NCBI GenBank assembly: GCA_965219385.1
Contig: CBDCNM010000002.1
Coordinates: 2,986,305 to 3,050,304, forward strand
Length of the DNA stretch: 64,000 bases
Reading direction: 5' to 3'
Origin: Candidatus Latescibacterota bacterium
GTDB lineage: Bacteria > Latescibacterota > UBA2968 > UBA8231
Position 1 is the first letter of the stretch. Each line of letters starts with the position of its first letter. The notes beneath the pieces are model-generated. The model saw nothing but the letters and a program-made list of their open reading frames with translations. It did not search any database and was not told where the DNA came from. Shown here one piece after another: positions 19,341-28,035 of the stretch. The position numbers were made by a program, and so were the translations under genes.

Positions 19341-22193
19341 CTAGGGCTGTTGGGCCGCGGCCTGCCGGCGGATTTTCTCGTAGGCCGACTTCAGGGAAGC
19401 CCGTACCTGGGGGGTATCCGGGGCTACCTCCTCGGCCCGGCGATACACCGCCAGGGCCCTGGCGGGCAAGCCTTTTTGGGCGTAGAGATAGCTCAATGAC
19501 AGGTAGGCCTTCAGGTAGTTGGGCGCCATTTCCACGGTTTTTTTAAAGGTCTTTTCCGCCTCCTCCACGCGGCCGAGCTGGGCGTAGAGATTGCCCAGTT
19601 GCCAGCGGGTCTCGGCATCCTTGGGGCGGGCGAGGAGGTGGCGCTGGTACTGGGCGGCGATTTGCTGGCCGAGGTGGCCCACAAAAAAGGCGGCGGTGCG
19701 GTCCTCCGGGTTGAGTTTAAGGGCCTTTCTGTAGGCCTGAAACGCGGACCGACCTCTTCGTTGCATGCGCAGGATATCGGCCTGGAGGGTGTATCCCTTA
19801 CTCTGGAAATAAGCCTCCAAGCGGGTCGCCACTGCGGTCTGGCTGTCCCTTTCTATCCCTTTGACAAAAGGAAAGACGCGAACCCTGTGAGCCCCCACAT
19901 CTCCCAGTACCCGCCAGCCTGTCTTCTTGAAGCCGCTGGAGCGCAAAAAGCTGATGTGGGGGTGGTCGTCGGTATTGAGCAGGCCTGCGCCGACATAGGC
20001 TTTCAGGGTCTTTGCGTCCATCAAAAAGCAACTTAAAAGCGCAAAGGGGTCGCCCAGATTGACGCCCTCCAGGCTCTGTCGCACCTTGTCCGAGCGCAGT
20101 TTCTGTTTTAGGAGACCCCAGTCCAATCGCACTTTCTGCCGGGTGCCCAGGATGACGGCATAATCGTTGGTCAGCCACAAGGTGGCATGGGGAAAGACGC
20201 TCTGAAAGGTGCGCAGAATGGTCTTGTAGTCCTCCACGGATAGTCCGTGCAGGGGCAGCCACTGGGCCATGATTCCGTCCGGGGTGAGGCGGTTCTTGCA
20301 CAGCTGGTAAAAGTCCCGGGTGTAGAGCACCCAGCTGTCGGCACTGGTGGGATGGGTGGCGTCCCCGGTGATGACGTGGTAGGAATTCGGACGGGTGAGA
20401 AGAAAGTTGCGGCCGTCGTCGATGGTGATATGGACCTTGGAGGTTTCCAGGCTGTCCAGGATGTGGTGGTTGAACTCGGCAAAGTGTTGCCGGGCCGCAT
20501 CCAGAACCCCGGGCGCGATCTCGACGCAGTCAATACGGCGGAGCGCGTGCTGGGCCACGCTGCCCAGGGCAATGCCGCCGCCAAAGGCGATTACCAGAAC
20601 ATCCTGCGGATCGGGATGCAACAACAAAGGGAGGTGTCCCAGCAGGCGGAACAGCTGCAGGGAGGCGTAATCGCTGGGGACCTGGCCGCCTCCGTTGACC
20701 TTCAAGTTGTGGCGTCCATCCGCTGATCGTGCGACGGTGACCACGCCGGTGGCGCCTTCCTCGTAGTAGACGAGCCGGGAGGGGGGGGCCGGTTTCGAAG
20801 CCTGTCTGAGGACGTCCGCGGGGCCGCCGACGAGAAGCACGGCCAGGACCACGATGGCGGCAGCGCCGGCGATTTGTTTGCGCCGCGCGTCCCAGAAGGG
20901 GTGCAGGCCGATCACCGCCAGGCCTACCAGGAGGTTGAGCCCGGCCAGGGCCTTGATGCTCCACTCGGTGCCCAGGAGGGGGATCAGGACGAACCCGGTC
21001 ACACCGGCCCCGCCGATGGCGCCCATGCTGTTGAGGGCGCCCACATCGCCCACGCCCCGGCCTACCCGCTCCAGCTGCCGGGTGTAGATGCGGCTGACGA
21101 GGGGGAAGGTAGCCCCCATCAGGAGGGTGGGGACCAGCATCAGGGTGGTCGAGACGGCAAAGACCCAGCCCTCGAAGGCCAGCCAGGTGCGCGCCCCCCG
21201 GGCCGTTTCAACCAGGCCGGGGAGGGCCGCAAAGACAGGTATTGAAACCACGCCCAGCAGGCCGATGAGAATCTGCGTTCCGCCGAACAACGAGAGAAGA
21301 TCCTGGCGGGCGTCCAGAAAGCGACTGCAGAGCAAACTCCCCAGGCCCAGGCCCAGGAGGAACGCGGTCAGGATGATACTGAATTCGTAATGGGAATTGG
21401 CCGCAAAAGCCACGGTCAGCAACCGCATCCAGGCCACTTCGTACCCCAGGGCGGCAAAACCGGACAGGGCGAATCCGCCCAGGACCACGCCCAGGACACC
21501 CCCCGGAATCAGGGGCTGATCTGGTTGGCTGGTTTGCGCCTCTTCTTCTGCCTCCTCGCGGCGGACGACCTGGTCTTTGCCGGCCGCCCAGGCCAGGCCG
21601 GCGATGAGGAAATTCACCGCGGCTGCCGCGTAGGTGCTCCCGTTCAGGCCCAGCCACTCCATCAGCAGGAAGGTGACCAGCAAAACCCCGGAAACCGCCC
21701 CGAGGGTATTGATGGCGTAGAGGGTGCCCACGCCCCGGCCCAGGTGGGAAATTCGCTGCACGCCGAATTTGACCACCACCGGCAGGGTGGCGCCCATGAG
21801 GGCGGTGGGAATCAACAAGAGCAGAAAACACAGGAGGAAGCGGATGAATAGGGCGTAGAAGCCGGCCTGGTCGGGGTGGAGCCATAGGTAAACCTGGCCC
21901 AGACCAGACAGGATCCAGGGAAAGAGCAGGGCAAAAAGCCCGATCCCACCTTCGAGCGCGGCAAAGACCCGTAGCGGACGTCCGACCCGGTCGATCCAGC
22001 GGCCGCAGAGGAAGCTGCCCAAGGCCAGGCCGGCCATGAAGGCGCTGAGGACCGTGCTCACGGCAAACAGGGTGGTGCCGAAGAGGACCGTCAGCATCCG
22101 GGCCCAGACCACCTCGTAGATCAGCCCGCAGGCCCCGGAGCAAAAGAAAAGCACCAGAAGCACAAAAGTGAGCAACATAACTTTAACGAACAC
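19341..22193 (-). CDS. Fused membrane (MFS-like) / spermidine-synthase-like SAM-fold protein with C-terminal TPRs
   Basis: SGACGLIYEVVWARML, LMGATLP twice, LYAINTLG; VLVIAFGGG...CVEIAP...DDGRNFL...LYTRDFY...GIMAQW; TPRs at the end. Confidence 0.85.
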   Translation of the reverse strand: MFVKVMLLTFVLLVLFFCSGACGLIYEVVWARMLTVLFGTTLFAVSTVLSAFMAGLALGSFLCGRWIDRVGRPLRVFAALEGGIGLFALLFPWILSGLGQVYLWLHPDQAGFYALFIRFLLCFLLLLIPTALMGATLPVVVKFGVQRISHLGRGVGTLYAINTLGAVSGVLLVTFLLMEWLGLNGSTYAAAAVNFLIAGLAWAAGKDQVVRREEAEEEAQTSQPDQPLIPGGVLGVVLGGFALSGFAALGYEVAWMRLLTVAFAANSHYEFSIILTAFLLGLGLGSLLCSRFLDARQDLLSLFGGTQILIGLLGVVSIPVFAALPGLVETARGARTWLAFEGWVFAVSTTLMLVPTLLMGATFPLVSRIYTRQLERVGRGVGDVGALNSMGAIGGAGVTGFVLIPLLGTEWSIKALAGLNLLVGLAVIGLHPFWDARRKQIAGAAAIVVLAVLLVGGPADVLRQASKPAPPSRLVYYEEGATGVVTVARSADGRHNLKVNGGGQVPSDYASLQLFRLLGHLPLLLHPDPQDVLVIAFGGGIALGSVAQHALRRIDCVEIAPGVLDAARQHFAEFNHHILDSLETSKVHITIDDGRNFLLTRPNSYHVITGDATHPTSADSWVLYTRDFYQLCKNRLTPDGIMAQWLPLHGLSVEDYKTILRTFQSVFPHATLWLTNDYAVILGTRQKVRLDWGLLKQKLRSDKVRQSLEGVNLGDPFALLSCFLMDAKTLKAYVGAGLLNTDDHPHISFLRSSGFKKTGWRVLGDVGAHRVRVFPFVKGIERDSQTAVATRLEAYFQSKGYTLQADILRMQRRGRSAFQAYRKALKLNPEDRTAAFFVGHLGQQIAAQYQRHLLARPKDAETRWQLGNLYAQLGRVEEAEKTFKKTVEMAPNYLKAYLSLSYLYAQKGLPARALAVYRRAEEVAPDTPQVRASLKSAYEKIRRQAAAQQP

Positions 22194-22605
22194 AATGAAT
22201 TAATTAAAAACGAGTGCGCCGTTCGATGCGCCCGGCGTTCGCAGTGCAAATTAGCGGGGGACGAGGTGAAGTGTCAAGTGAAGCTATTACTAACATTTAA
22301 AGACAAGTCAATACAGGGGGACCGAGAGCAGAAATAATTCAGAAATAATTCTTGACAAGACTTGAATTTTTATTCAGGTTGTACGCCAAATTGTATAAAG
22401 AAGGTTGTAGGCAAAATTTGATAAATGCGCCAGGGAAGCGGGCCGGGTGTCGGGGAGTGGGGCCTTGGAACACCCTCTGCATCCGGGCAAAGCCGCAGGT
22501 TTTTTCTTGCGACCATGAAAGGAGGTGGTTTTCGGGAAGTAATACTCTCGCAGATGAAGGTAATTGATGGATTTTGGTTTTTTATTTTAACCCAAAGGAG
22601 TCATC
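22194..22605. promoter_or_regulatory. AT-rich divergent promoter region
   Basis: TTGACA on minus (22272-22277) and plus (22352-22357); 11-bp tandem CAGAAATAATT x2 (22329-22350); near-palindrome ACTTGAAT-TTTT-ATTCAGGT (22360-22379); AAGGAG RBS before 22606. Confidence 0.55.
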
Positions 22606-23541
22606 ATGAAGAAATTAGCTGTTCTACTGGGCATGGGCGCCCTGCTCGTGGGGGGCGCTGCTTTTGCTCAACCGTATGTTGTTTGGGAGCTGCCGCAAAT
22701 GACCGAGCCGCCGGAGCTGGACGGCGTCCGGGGTGAAGCCGAGTGGGCCGGTGCGATCACCGACGAGTGCTCGCCCTCCCAGGTCGAGCGGGATGCCGAT
22801 GCTTACGGCTGGATGGATGAAGCTACTGTCAGAAGCAATCGAAGCCATAATCAGGTCGTGGGTCAGTTAGGCGAGGAGGAGGATGCCAGCGAGGCCGGAA
22901 CCGATGCCGACTACACCTCCAATAATTGGATAGCCTGGGACGAGGACGCGATCTACTACATCCACGAAGTGCGCGACAATTACCACGATACCACCCAGGA
23001 CGCCGGCGGCAACCCCGTGGCCTGGTGGGAACGCGACAGCGTCGGCCTCTACATCGATCTGACGAATTCCAACGTCGGCGGTGGGGGCGAGCTCTACGAG
23101 TCCATGAACGTGGTGAATACCCTGGCCGAGCCGCAGGCGTCCAGCAACATAACCGTCACCCTTATTATCATCGAGGCGGGCGCCCGGGTGGATACCCAGG
23201 AGCCGGATGTCATCGAAGGCGTAGAGTACGGCTACCGCGCTGCCGGCGACGAGTTCGGCGGCGAGGAGGACTACGTCATCGAGGCCATGGTTGAATGGGA
23301 CACCTTCATGCAGTTCAACCTGCCGGATGCGCCTTCGGTGGGCACTGTTATGGGAATGAGCTGGGTCCTGCCGGATCCGGACATCGCTCCGGGCTGGAAC
23401 GGTCAGATGGTGTGCTGGGGGCAGGCGGATTCCCCCGCCACCTACGATGATTTTGTGTTTTCAGACACCCCGGCTGGCCCGGGTGCAGAGACCGCGGCCG
23501 AGCGCGATTCCTGGGGCCGCATCAAGGCCACTTTCAAATAA
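22606..23541 (+). CDS. Secreted acidic CBM9/DOMON-like sugar-binding protein with C-terminal SWGRIK tail
   Basis: Signal peptide MKKLAVLL...AFA; PELDG..GEAEW, AWDEDAIY...VRD, WERDSVGLYID, YVIEAMVEW; ends TAAERDSWGRIKATFK. Confidence 0.7.
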   Translation: MKKLAVLLGMGALLVGGAAFAQPYVVWELPQMTEPPELDGVRGEAEWAGAITDECSPSQVERDADAYGWMDEATVRSNRSHNQVVGQLGEEEDASEAGTDADYTSNNWIAWDEDAIYYIHEVRDNYHDTTQDAGGNPVAWWERDSVGLYIDLTNSNVGGGGELYESMNVVNTLAEPQASSNITVTLIIIEAGARVDTQEPDVIEGVEYGYRAAGDEFGGEEDYVIEAMVEWDTFMQFNLPDAPSVGTVMGMSWVLPDPDIAPGWNGQMVCWGQADSPATYDDFVFSDTPAGPGAETAAERDSWGRIKATFK

Positions 23542-23587
23542 ACCCGAGAGCCTGTAATTCGGGCTTGCGGAATGAGTCTCCATCTTC

Positions 23588-23621
23588 GAGCGGGGCAGGC
23601 CAAAATGGTCTGTCCCGCTTT
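23588..23621 (+). terminator. Intergenic stem-loop (terminator or mRNA stabiliser)
   Basis: GAGCGGGGCAGGCCA-AAA-TGGTCTGTCCCGCTT, short T tail. Confidence 0.6.
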
Positions 23622-23629
23622 AAGTCCTT

Positions 23630-26551
23630 ATGCTCAAAGGATTTTGTCTTCCAGTGGGCGCAATTCAGCATAGATTCAGGGTTGTTGGACCTGCCGGCAG
23701 AGGGCCGGGGAAGATCTGCCTGGCGCTCCTGATCCTTTTCCTCTCTCTGCCTGTCCAGGCCCAGCGCCACCCGGAATCCGCGGGTCCGGTGAAACTGTTC
23801 CGGGAAGAACCCGGGCTGGTGATCAGGCCCTCGTGGCAGCGCCGCCTCAACTTTAATCGCGGGTCGAAGGATCGCTACGAAAGAGGTCGGGCGCGGATGT
23901 TTCTCAATGCAGAGGACAGCGTCCCCTACCTGAACTATGCCGAGAAGATTTACTTCACCTGGAACCGCAGTGGGTCGCGCGGCTCCAGCCCGCGGGTCGG
24001 TCAGCCGTGGGACCGGATGGGCAATTACATCGGGAGCGGATCACGGGCTTTTTCCTGGGAGGAGAGCCGCAGCAACGGTGAGGGAGGGATAAGTTCTATA
24101 GGCGGGGGGAGCAGTCTGCGCATCGGCCACTACAACCACAAGGCCCTGCACTGGAGCGTCACTACCGGTAAGGCTATCCGGAATCGCTTCACCTCCCTTA
24201 CCCTGCACCAGGCCCGCATGAGCGTGGCCCGCATGGATCTCAACTACAAGGACAGGGACCAGGCCACCTTGTTGTTCAACCGAGGCCGCGAGGGGGGGCT
24301 GTTTTCGACCTGGGATTTCAACATCGGAAGAACCGCTGAAACCGCTGAAAACGCGACCATCTTGATGTACGCCGGGCACTGGCAGCACGCCCTGGGCGAT
24401 TTCGGTCATATAGGCGCGACCTTTCTGAACCAATTCCAGTCCCTTCCCGCTTCTCCCAACAGGGATGCCCTGCGCGGCGATCTGTCCTATCCCATGTTGC
24501 CACCGGATATCATCTGGGTGCAGATCAGCGATGATTCGCCCGAGGAGACCCAGGCCAATGCCAGGGTCTACGGGGTGGACCTCATCATCGAGGGGGAACG
24601 CAACGGCGAGCCGGTGCGGCTCACGACCATTGAGGGAGACGAAAACTTCGATGCCAACCTGGCGCGCGGGCGTTCCCGCACCGGGGGGCGCTTTGTACCC
24701 GGAGGGGGCTGGGAGGCGGTGGGTCAGGACGAAGTGCTCTACCAATTTGCCATGCCCCAGGATGTGACGGTGCGCTCGGCCCGCTTCGTGGCCGAGGTCT
24801 CGGACGACTACCGCATCGGGGTGCGGCAACAGCATGTGTTCATCAACCGAGGCCGAGACGGCGAGGAAGATCCGGAGGATTGGCTGTGGCCGGCCACACC
24901 GCTTGCCTCGGAAGGCCGGCGCGCCTTCAAGGGGGAGGTCCTGTTCCTGGACGAAGAGCCTTTTTACACGGTGAGACGGGCCGGGGGCACAGGCAGCAAC
25001 GGCGGCAACCGCCAGAAGGTCGGCTTTGACTACGGCATGCCCACCGGCCAGATCCTGGCGTCGGTGGACTGGAACGCCGACCTGGTGGGCCTGAGCCTGA
25101 GTGGCGAAGCAGTCCAAAACCTGCAGAACTACCTGTATCCCATTGGTGGTTCCAACGAGGGGACGCGCAGCACCCAGAAAGCATGGGCCTGGTGGATCAA
25201 GGCGGTCAAGGATTTTCCCGGCGGACTCCAGGCAGGGGCCGAATTATACCGCCTGGAACCCGACTACAGTGGAGGCTACGACAGCAAGCGCGGCGGTCTG
25301 CCCTTCCATCTCGATTTCCAGGCTCAACCCGGCTCGCCGGTGCAGAGCGTCACTCAGGAGTACTTTCTGATAGAGGACAACGACGACACCGACCAGTGGC
25401 CGGACGAGCACTTCTTCGATCAGCCCAAGGGGGGCTGGCCCGACTCCGAGGTTTACCCGGGACTGGACGAGAACGGCGACAATATCCCGGATATCGACAA
25501 CAACCTCAATTTCATTCCGGACTGGCAGGAGCCTTTCCTGATGTACGATTTGGATCCGGTGGAGTTCGTCTACGGGATCGACTTCAACAACAACGGGTTG
25601 CCGGATTTTCGCGAAAACGACGATCTACCCGACTATCCCTACCGCAGAGACCAGCGGGGTCGCCATCTCTTCGCCCGTTTCAACCGCCTGGGCGGATTGG
25701 GGCACTATGTCTCGCTGGGGTACTACAACCTGGAGGAGATTGCCAATCCGGGCCAGGCCAAAGCGCTTTACCTGCGCTATGCCTACGAGCTCAACCTGCC
25801 GGATTGGGGCCGCATCGGCCTGGATTACGATGTCAAAAAGGTAGAAGACGATATCCGCGACGATTCCTTCATATGGGTCGTGGCCGAGGACGATCGGTCC
25901 AAGGTGAACCTCATGGATGGCCCCCCCGGAATCCCGGGGCGGGAGCGGCCGGCCACGCCCGATCCTCTGTTGATGCGCGACAGTTGGGTGAACACCGTGT
26001 ATCTGAATACCCGGGTCGGGCGTCTGGAAAACCTGAATATTCAAAATTCGTTCCTGCTGATACGCAACAATCAGGCCGAGATCGAACTGGACGATGGCAC
26101 GGGGTTGCTGCAGGAGGAGGACACCCGCTCGCATTTCACCCTGATCAACAAGATTGACTACACCTGGGAAAAAGGCGCCCTGACGGTGCATCCCAAATTC
26201 AAGCACATGCTGCAGCGCGACGGGATGGGCAGCGCCGCAGAGCCAATCCGGTCCTATTCCGACTTTATTCCGATCCTGCGGGCGGATTATGCACTCACCG
26301 AGAAAACCCGTATCCTCTCGGGGATTCAGGGTTTTCCCCTCCTGCCCTACAAACGCTGGGACCGGATCCAGGAAGACGCGACCTTCGCGCAGCGGGACTA
26401 CATGATCGTGTTGAATTCCCGCTCCGAGTACTGGGGGCATGACGCCTCTATTTTCTGGGGCTTTCACGCCACTCGCAAGGAGTACAGCCAGCTGCAAGAA
26501 CGGGATATTGAAGACCACAGGATTTTCATGGATATCGTGGTTGGTTACTAG
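23630..26551 (+). CDS. Large exported protein, predicted outer-membrane beta-barrel with acidic Ca-binding-like repeats (paralog A)
   Basis: Signal ...LLILFLSLPVQA; amphipathic beta pattern; DNDDTDQWPD, DENGDNIPDIDNN, DFNNNG; ends RIFMDIVVGY. Start uncertain. Confidence 0.65.
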   Translation: MLKGFCLPVGAIQHRFRVVGPAGRGPGKICLALLILFLSLPVQAQRHPESAGPVKLFREEPGLVIRPSWQRRLNFNRGSKDRYERGRARMFLNAEDSVPYLNYAEKIYFTWNRSGSRGSSPRVGQPWDRMGNYIGSGSRAFSWEESRSNGEGGISSIGGGSSLRIGHYNHKALHWSVTTGKAIRNRFTSLTLHQARMSVARMDLNYKDRDQATLLFNRGREGGLFSTWDFNIGRTAETAENATILMYAGHWQHALGDFGHIGATFLNQFQSLPASPNRDALRGDLSYPMLPPDIIWVQISDDSPEETQANARVYGVDLIIEGERNGEPVRLTTIEGDENFDANLARGRSRTGGRFVPGGGWEAVGQDEVLYQFAMPQDVTVRSARFVAEVSDDYRIGVRQQHVFINRGRDGEEDPEDWLWPATPLASEGRRAFKGEVLFLDEEPFYTVRRAGGTGSNGGNRQKVGFDYGMPTGQILASVDWNADLVGLSLSGEAVQNLQNYLYPIGGSNEGTRSTQKAWAWWIKAVKDFPGGLQAGAELYRLEPDYSGGYDSKRGGLPFHLDFQAQPGSPVQSVTQEYFLIEDNDDTDQWPDEHFFDQPKGGWPDSEVYPGLDENGDNIPDIDNNLNFIPDWQEPFLMYDLDPVEFVYGIDFNNNGLPDFRENDDLPDYPYRRDQRGRHLFARFNRLGGLGHYVSLGYYNLEEIANPGQAKALYLRYAYELNLPDWGRIGLDYDVKKVEDDIRDDSFIWVVAEDDRSKVNLMDGPPGIPGRERPATPDPLLMRDSWVNTVYLNTRVGRLENLNIQNSFLLIRNNQAEIELDDGTGLLQEEDTRSHFTLINKIDYTWEKGALTVHPKFKHMLQRDGMGSAAEPIRSYSDFIPILRADYALTEKTRILSGIQGFPLLPYKRWDRIQEDATFAQRDYMIVLNSRSEYWGHDASIFWGFHATRKEYSQLQERDIEDHRIFMDIVVGY

Positions 26552-26552
26552 T

Positions 26553-27383
26553 ATGAAGAGGAAGAGTTTACTGATCGCCATCGCCTGCGGCAGCGTCCTG
26601 CTCTTGAGCTGGGGTTGTCAGCTGAGGCCCCGGCCCCACCTGATGCACTACATGGACACCGAACCGGTACTGCCGGAAGACGGCCCGTACTACGTCGACC
26701 CGATCGACAGTTCGGTGGTGTGGAGCCAGGAGGGAGTGCAGCTGAAGGTCAAGCCCCTGAGCGACCAGATGCTCAACCAGGAGTACGGTCTGGAGGACAA
26801 TCCTTACACCGTGGGCCACTGGAGGAACGAGGCGGGCTTTACCCCGCCGGCGGGCACGGTTTTCCAGATCACCATCATCAATCGCACCCGTGAACGGGTG
26901 GAAATGGATTTCACCGAAGTGGTCTTGCGCCTCGACAACGGCTACCACTGGCATTTGAGCGGAGGACCGTGGGACGGTCCCTTCGGCCACAGCGATTACC
27001 CCAGGTCGCGCTACCGCATGAAAGATACCGGCGAGGCCACCGGGCCGTGGGACAATGGCTTCCCCAATTCCTACACCTACAAGTACCCGAAATACGGCGA
27101 CCACGACGGCAGATCCCAGTACTACCGCGTGCCCAGAGGACAGATCGGTTCGCGGGCCACACTGAAGCGCGAAAAGCCGGTCCGCAAGGGCCAGAAGCAC
27201 ACCGGCAAGATCTCCTTCGGGTCCCTGCCGGCGAATGTGAAAGAATTTACCCTCGAGGTCAACAACTTCATCCTGGCCTACGACTCCAATGAAGTGGGTT
27301 ACGGCAACCCGGTCGAGTTTACGGACATGGCTTTCCACTTCAAGGTGGACCACGGCATGATGGTGGTGGACAAGGACAAATGA
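26553..27383 (+). CDS. Hypothetical lipoprotein (paralog of 38470-39240)
   Basis: ATG 26553, 1 nt after the barrel A stop; MKRKSLL...LSWGC lipobox. Confidence 0.75.
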   Translation: MKRKSLLIAIACGSVLLLSWGCQLRPRPHLMHYMDTEPVLPEDGPYYVDPIDSSVVWSQEGVQLKVKPLSDQMLNQEYGLEDNPYTVGHWRNEAGFTPPAGTVFQITIINRTRERVEMDFTEVVLRLDNGYHWHLSGGPWDGPFGHSDYPRSRYRMKDTGEATGPWDNGFPNSYTYKYPKYGDHDGRSQYYRVPRGQIGSRATLKREKPVRKGQKHTGKISFGSLPANVKEFTLEVNNFILAYDSNEVGYGNPVEFTDMAFHFKVDHGMMVVDKDK

Positions 27384-28030
27384 AGATAGAGAAGAAATGC
27401 GCCTGGGTAGTGCTGGTCGGGCTGGTCCTGAGTGGATGCCTGGGACTCAAGTACGAGATCCTCAAGCGCACCAGCGTGACCAACCCCCCGGTCGAACGCA
27501 TCAAGGTTTACATCAAGGAGTTCCCGGTGGAAAGCCGGGCCAGTGTGATCGAGCCTCTGGCCGCCGTGGCCTACCAGTATTACGATGGTGCGGAGAGCAA
27601 TCTCAGGTCTTCGGCCTCGGCTCTGGCGGAGATTGCCCGCTCCTCCCGCATAGAGGATTTGTCCGCGGTGCTTTTGCGCGAGTTGCGCCAGGACAAAATC
27701 CGCACCTTTCTGGATGTCGGCAAGATCTCTTCCCTGGACGGGACTCGCCTGGTGGACAATCCCTTCGAGCTGGTCCCTCTCGATGATGCCGAGGCCCAGC
27801 TGGAAATTATGGGCACGGCCAAGATCCACAGCCAGCGGCTCGGGGACCAGTTTTCGCGCAATACCTCCAGGGTGGATATCGAGGTAGGGGTCAGAGACCT
27901 AAAGACCGACAAGGTGGTCATACAGCCCCTGTTTCCCGCGGGCATCAACATGGTCTACAATTCGCGGGCGCTGGAGGAGGCCATGGCCGTGACCGTGGCC
28001 ACGGTGCTGACCAGAAAAACGCCGTTTTAA
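27380..28030 (+). CDS. Hypothetical lipoprotein
   Basis: VLSGC lipobox; ATGA overlap with the upstream gene. Confidence 0.7.
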   Translation: MKIEKKCAWVVLVGLVLSGCLGLKYEILKRTSVTNPPVERIKVYIKEFPVESRASVIEPLAAVAYQYYDGAESNLRSSASALAEIARSSRIEDLSAVLLRELRQDKIRTFLDVGKISSLDGTRLVDNPFELVPLDDAEAQLEIMGTAKIHSQRLGDQFSRNTSRVDIEVGVRDLKTDKVVIQPLFPAGINMVYNSRALEEAMAVTVATVLTRKTPF

Positions 28031-28035
28031 GGGCT

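Noticed and set aside
19341..22193. Gene symbol speE
   Set aside because: The membrane-fused architecture and deviating SAM-binding motif mean aminopropyltransferase activity is not established.
22480..22560. c-di-GMP-I riboswitch (GGCAAAGCC motif)
   Set aside because: The GGCAAAC...GAAA...GACGCAAAGC two-hairpin layout is not present; the similarity is only a short word.
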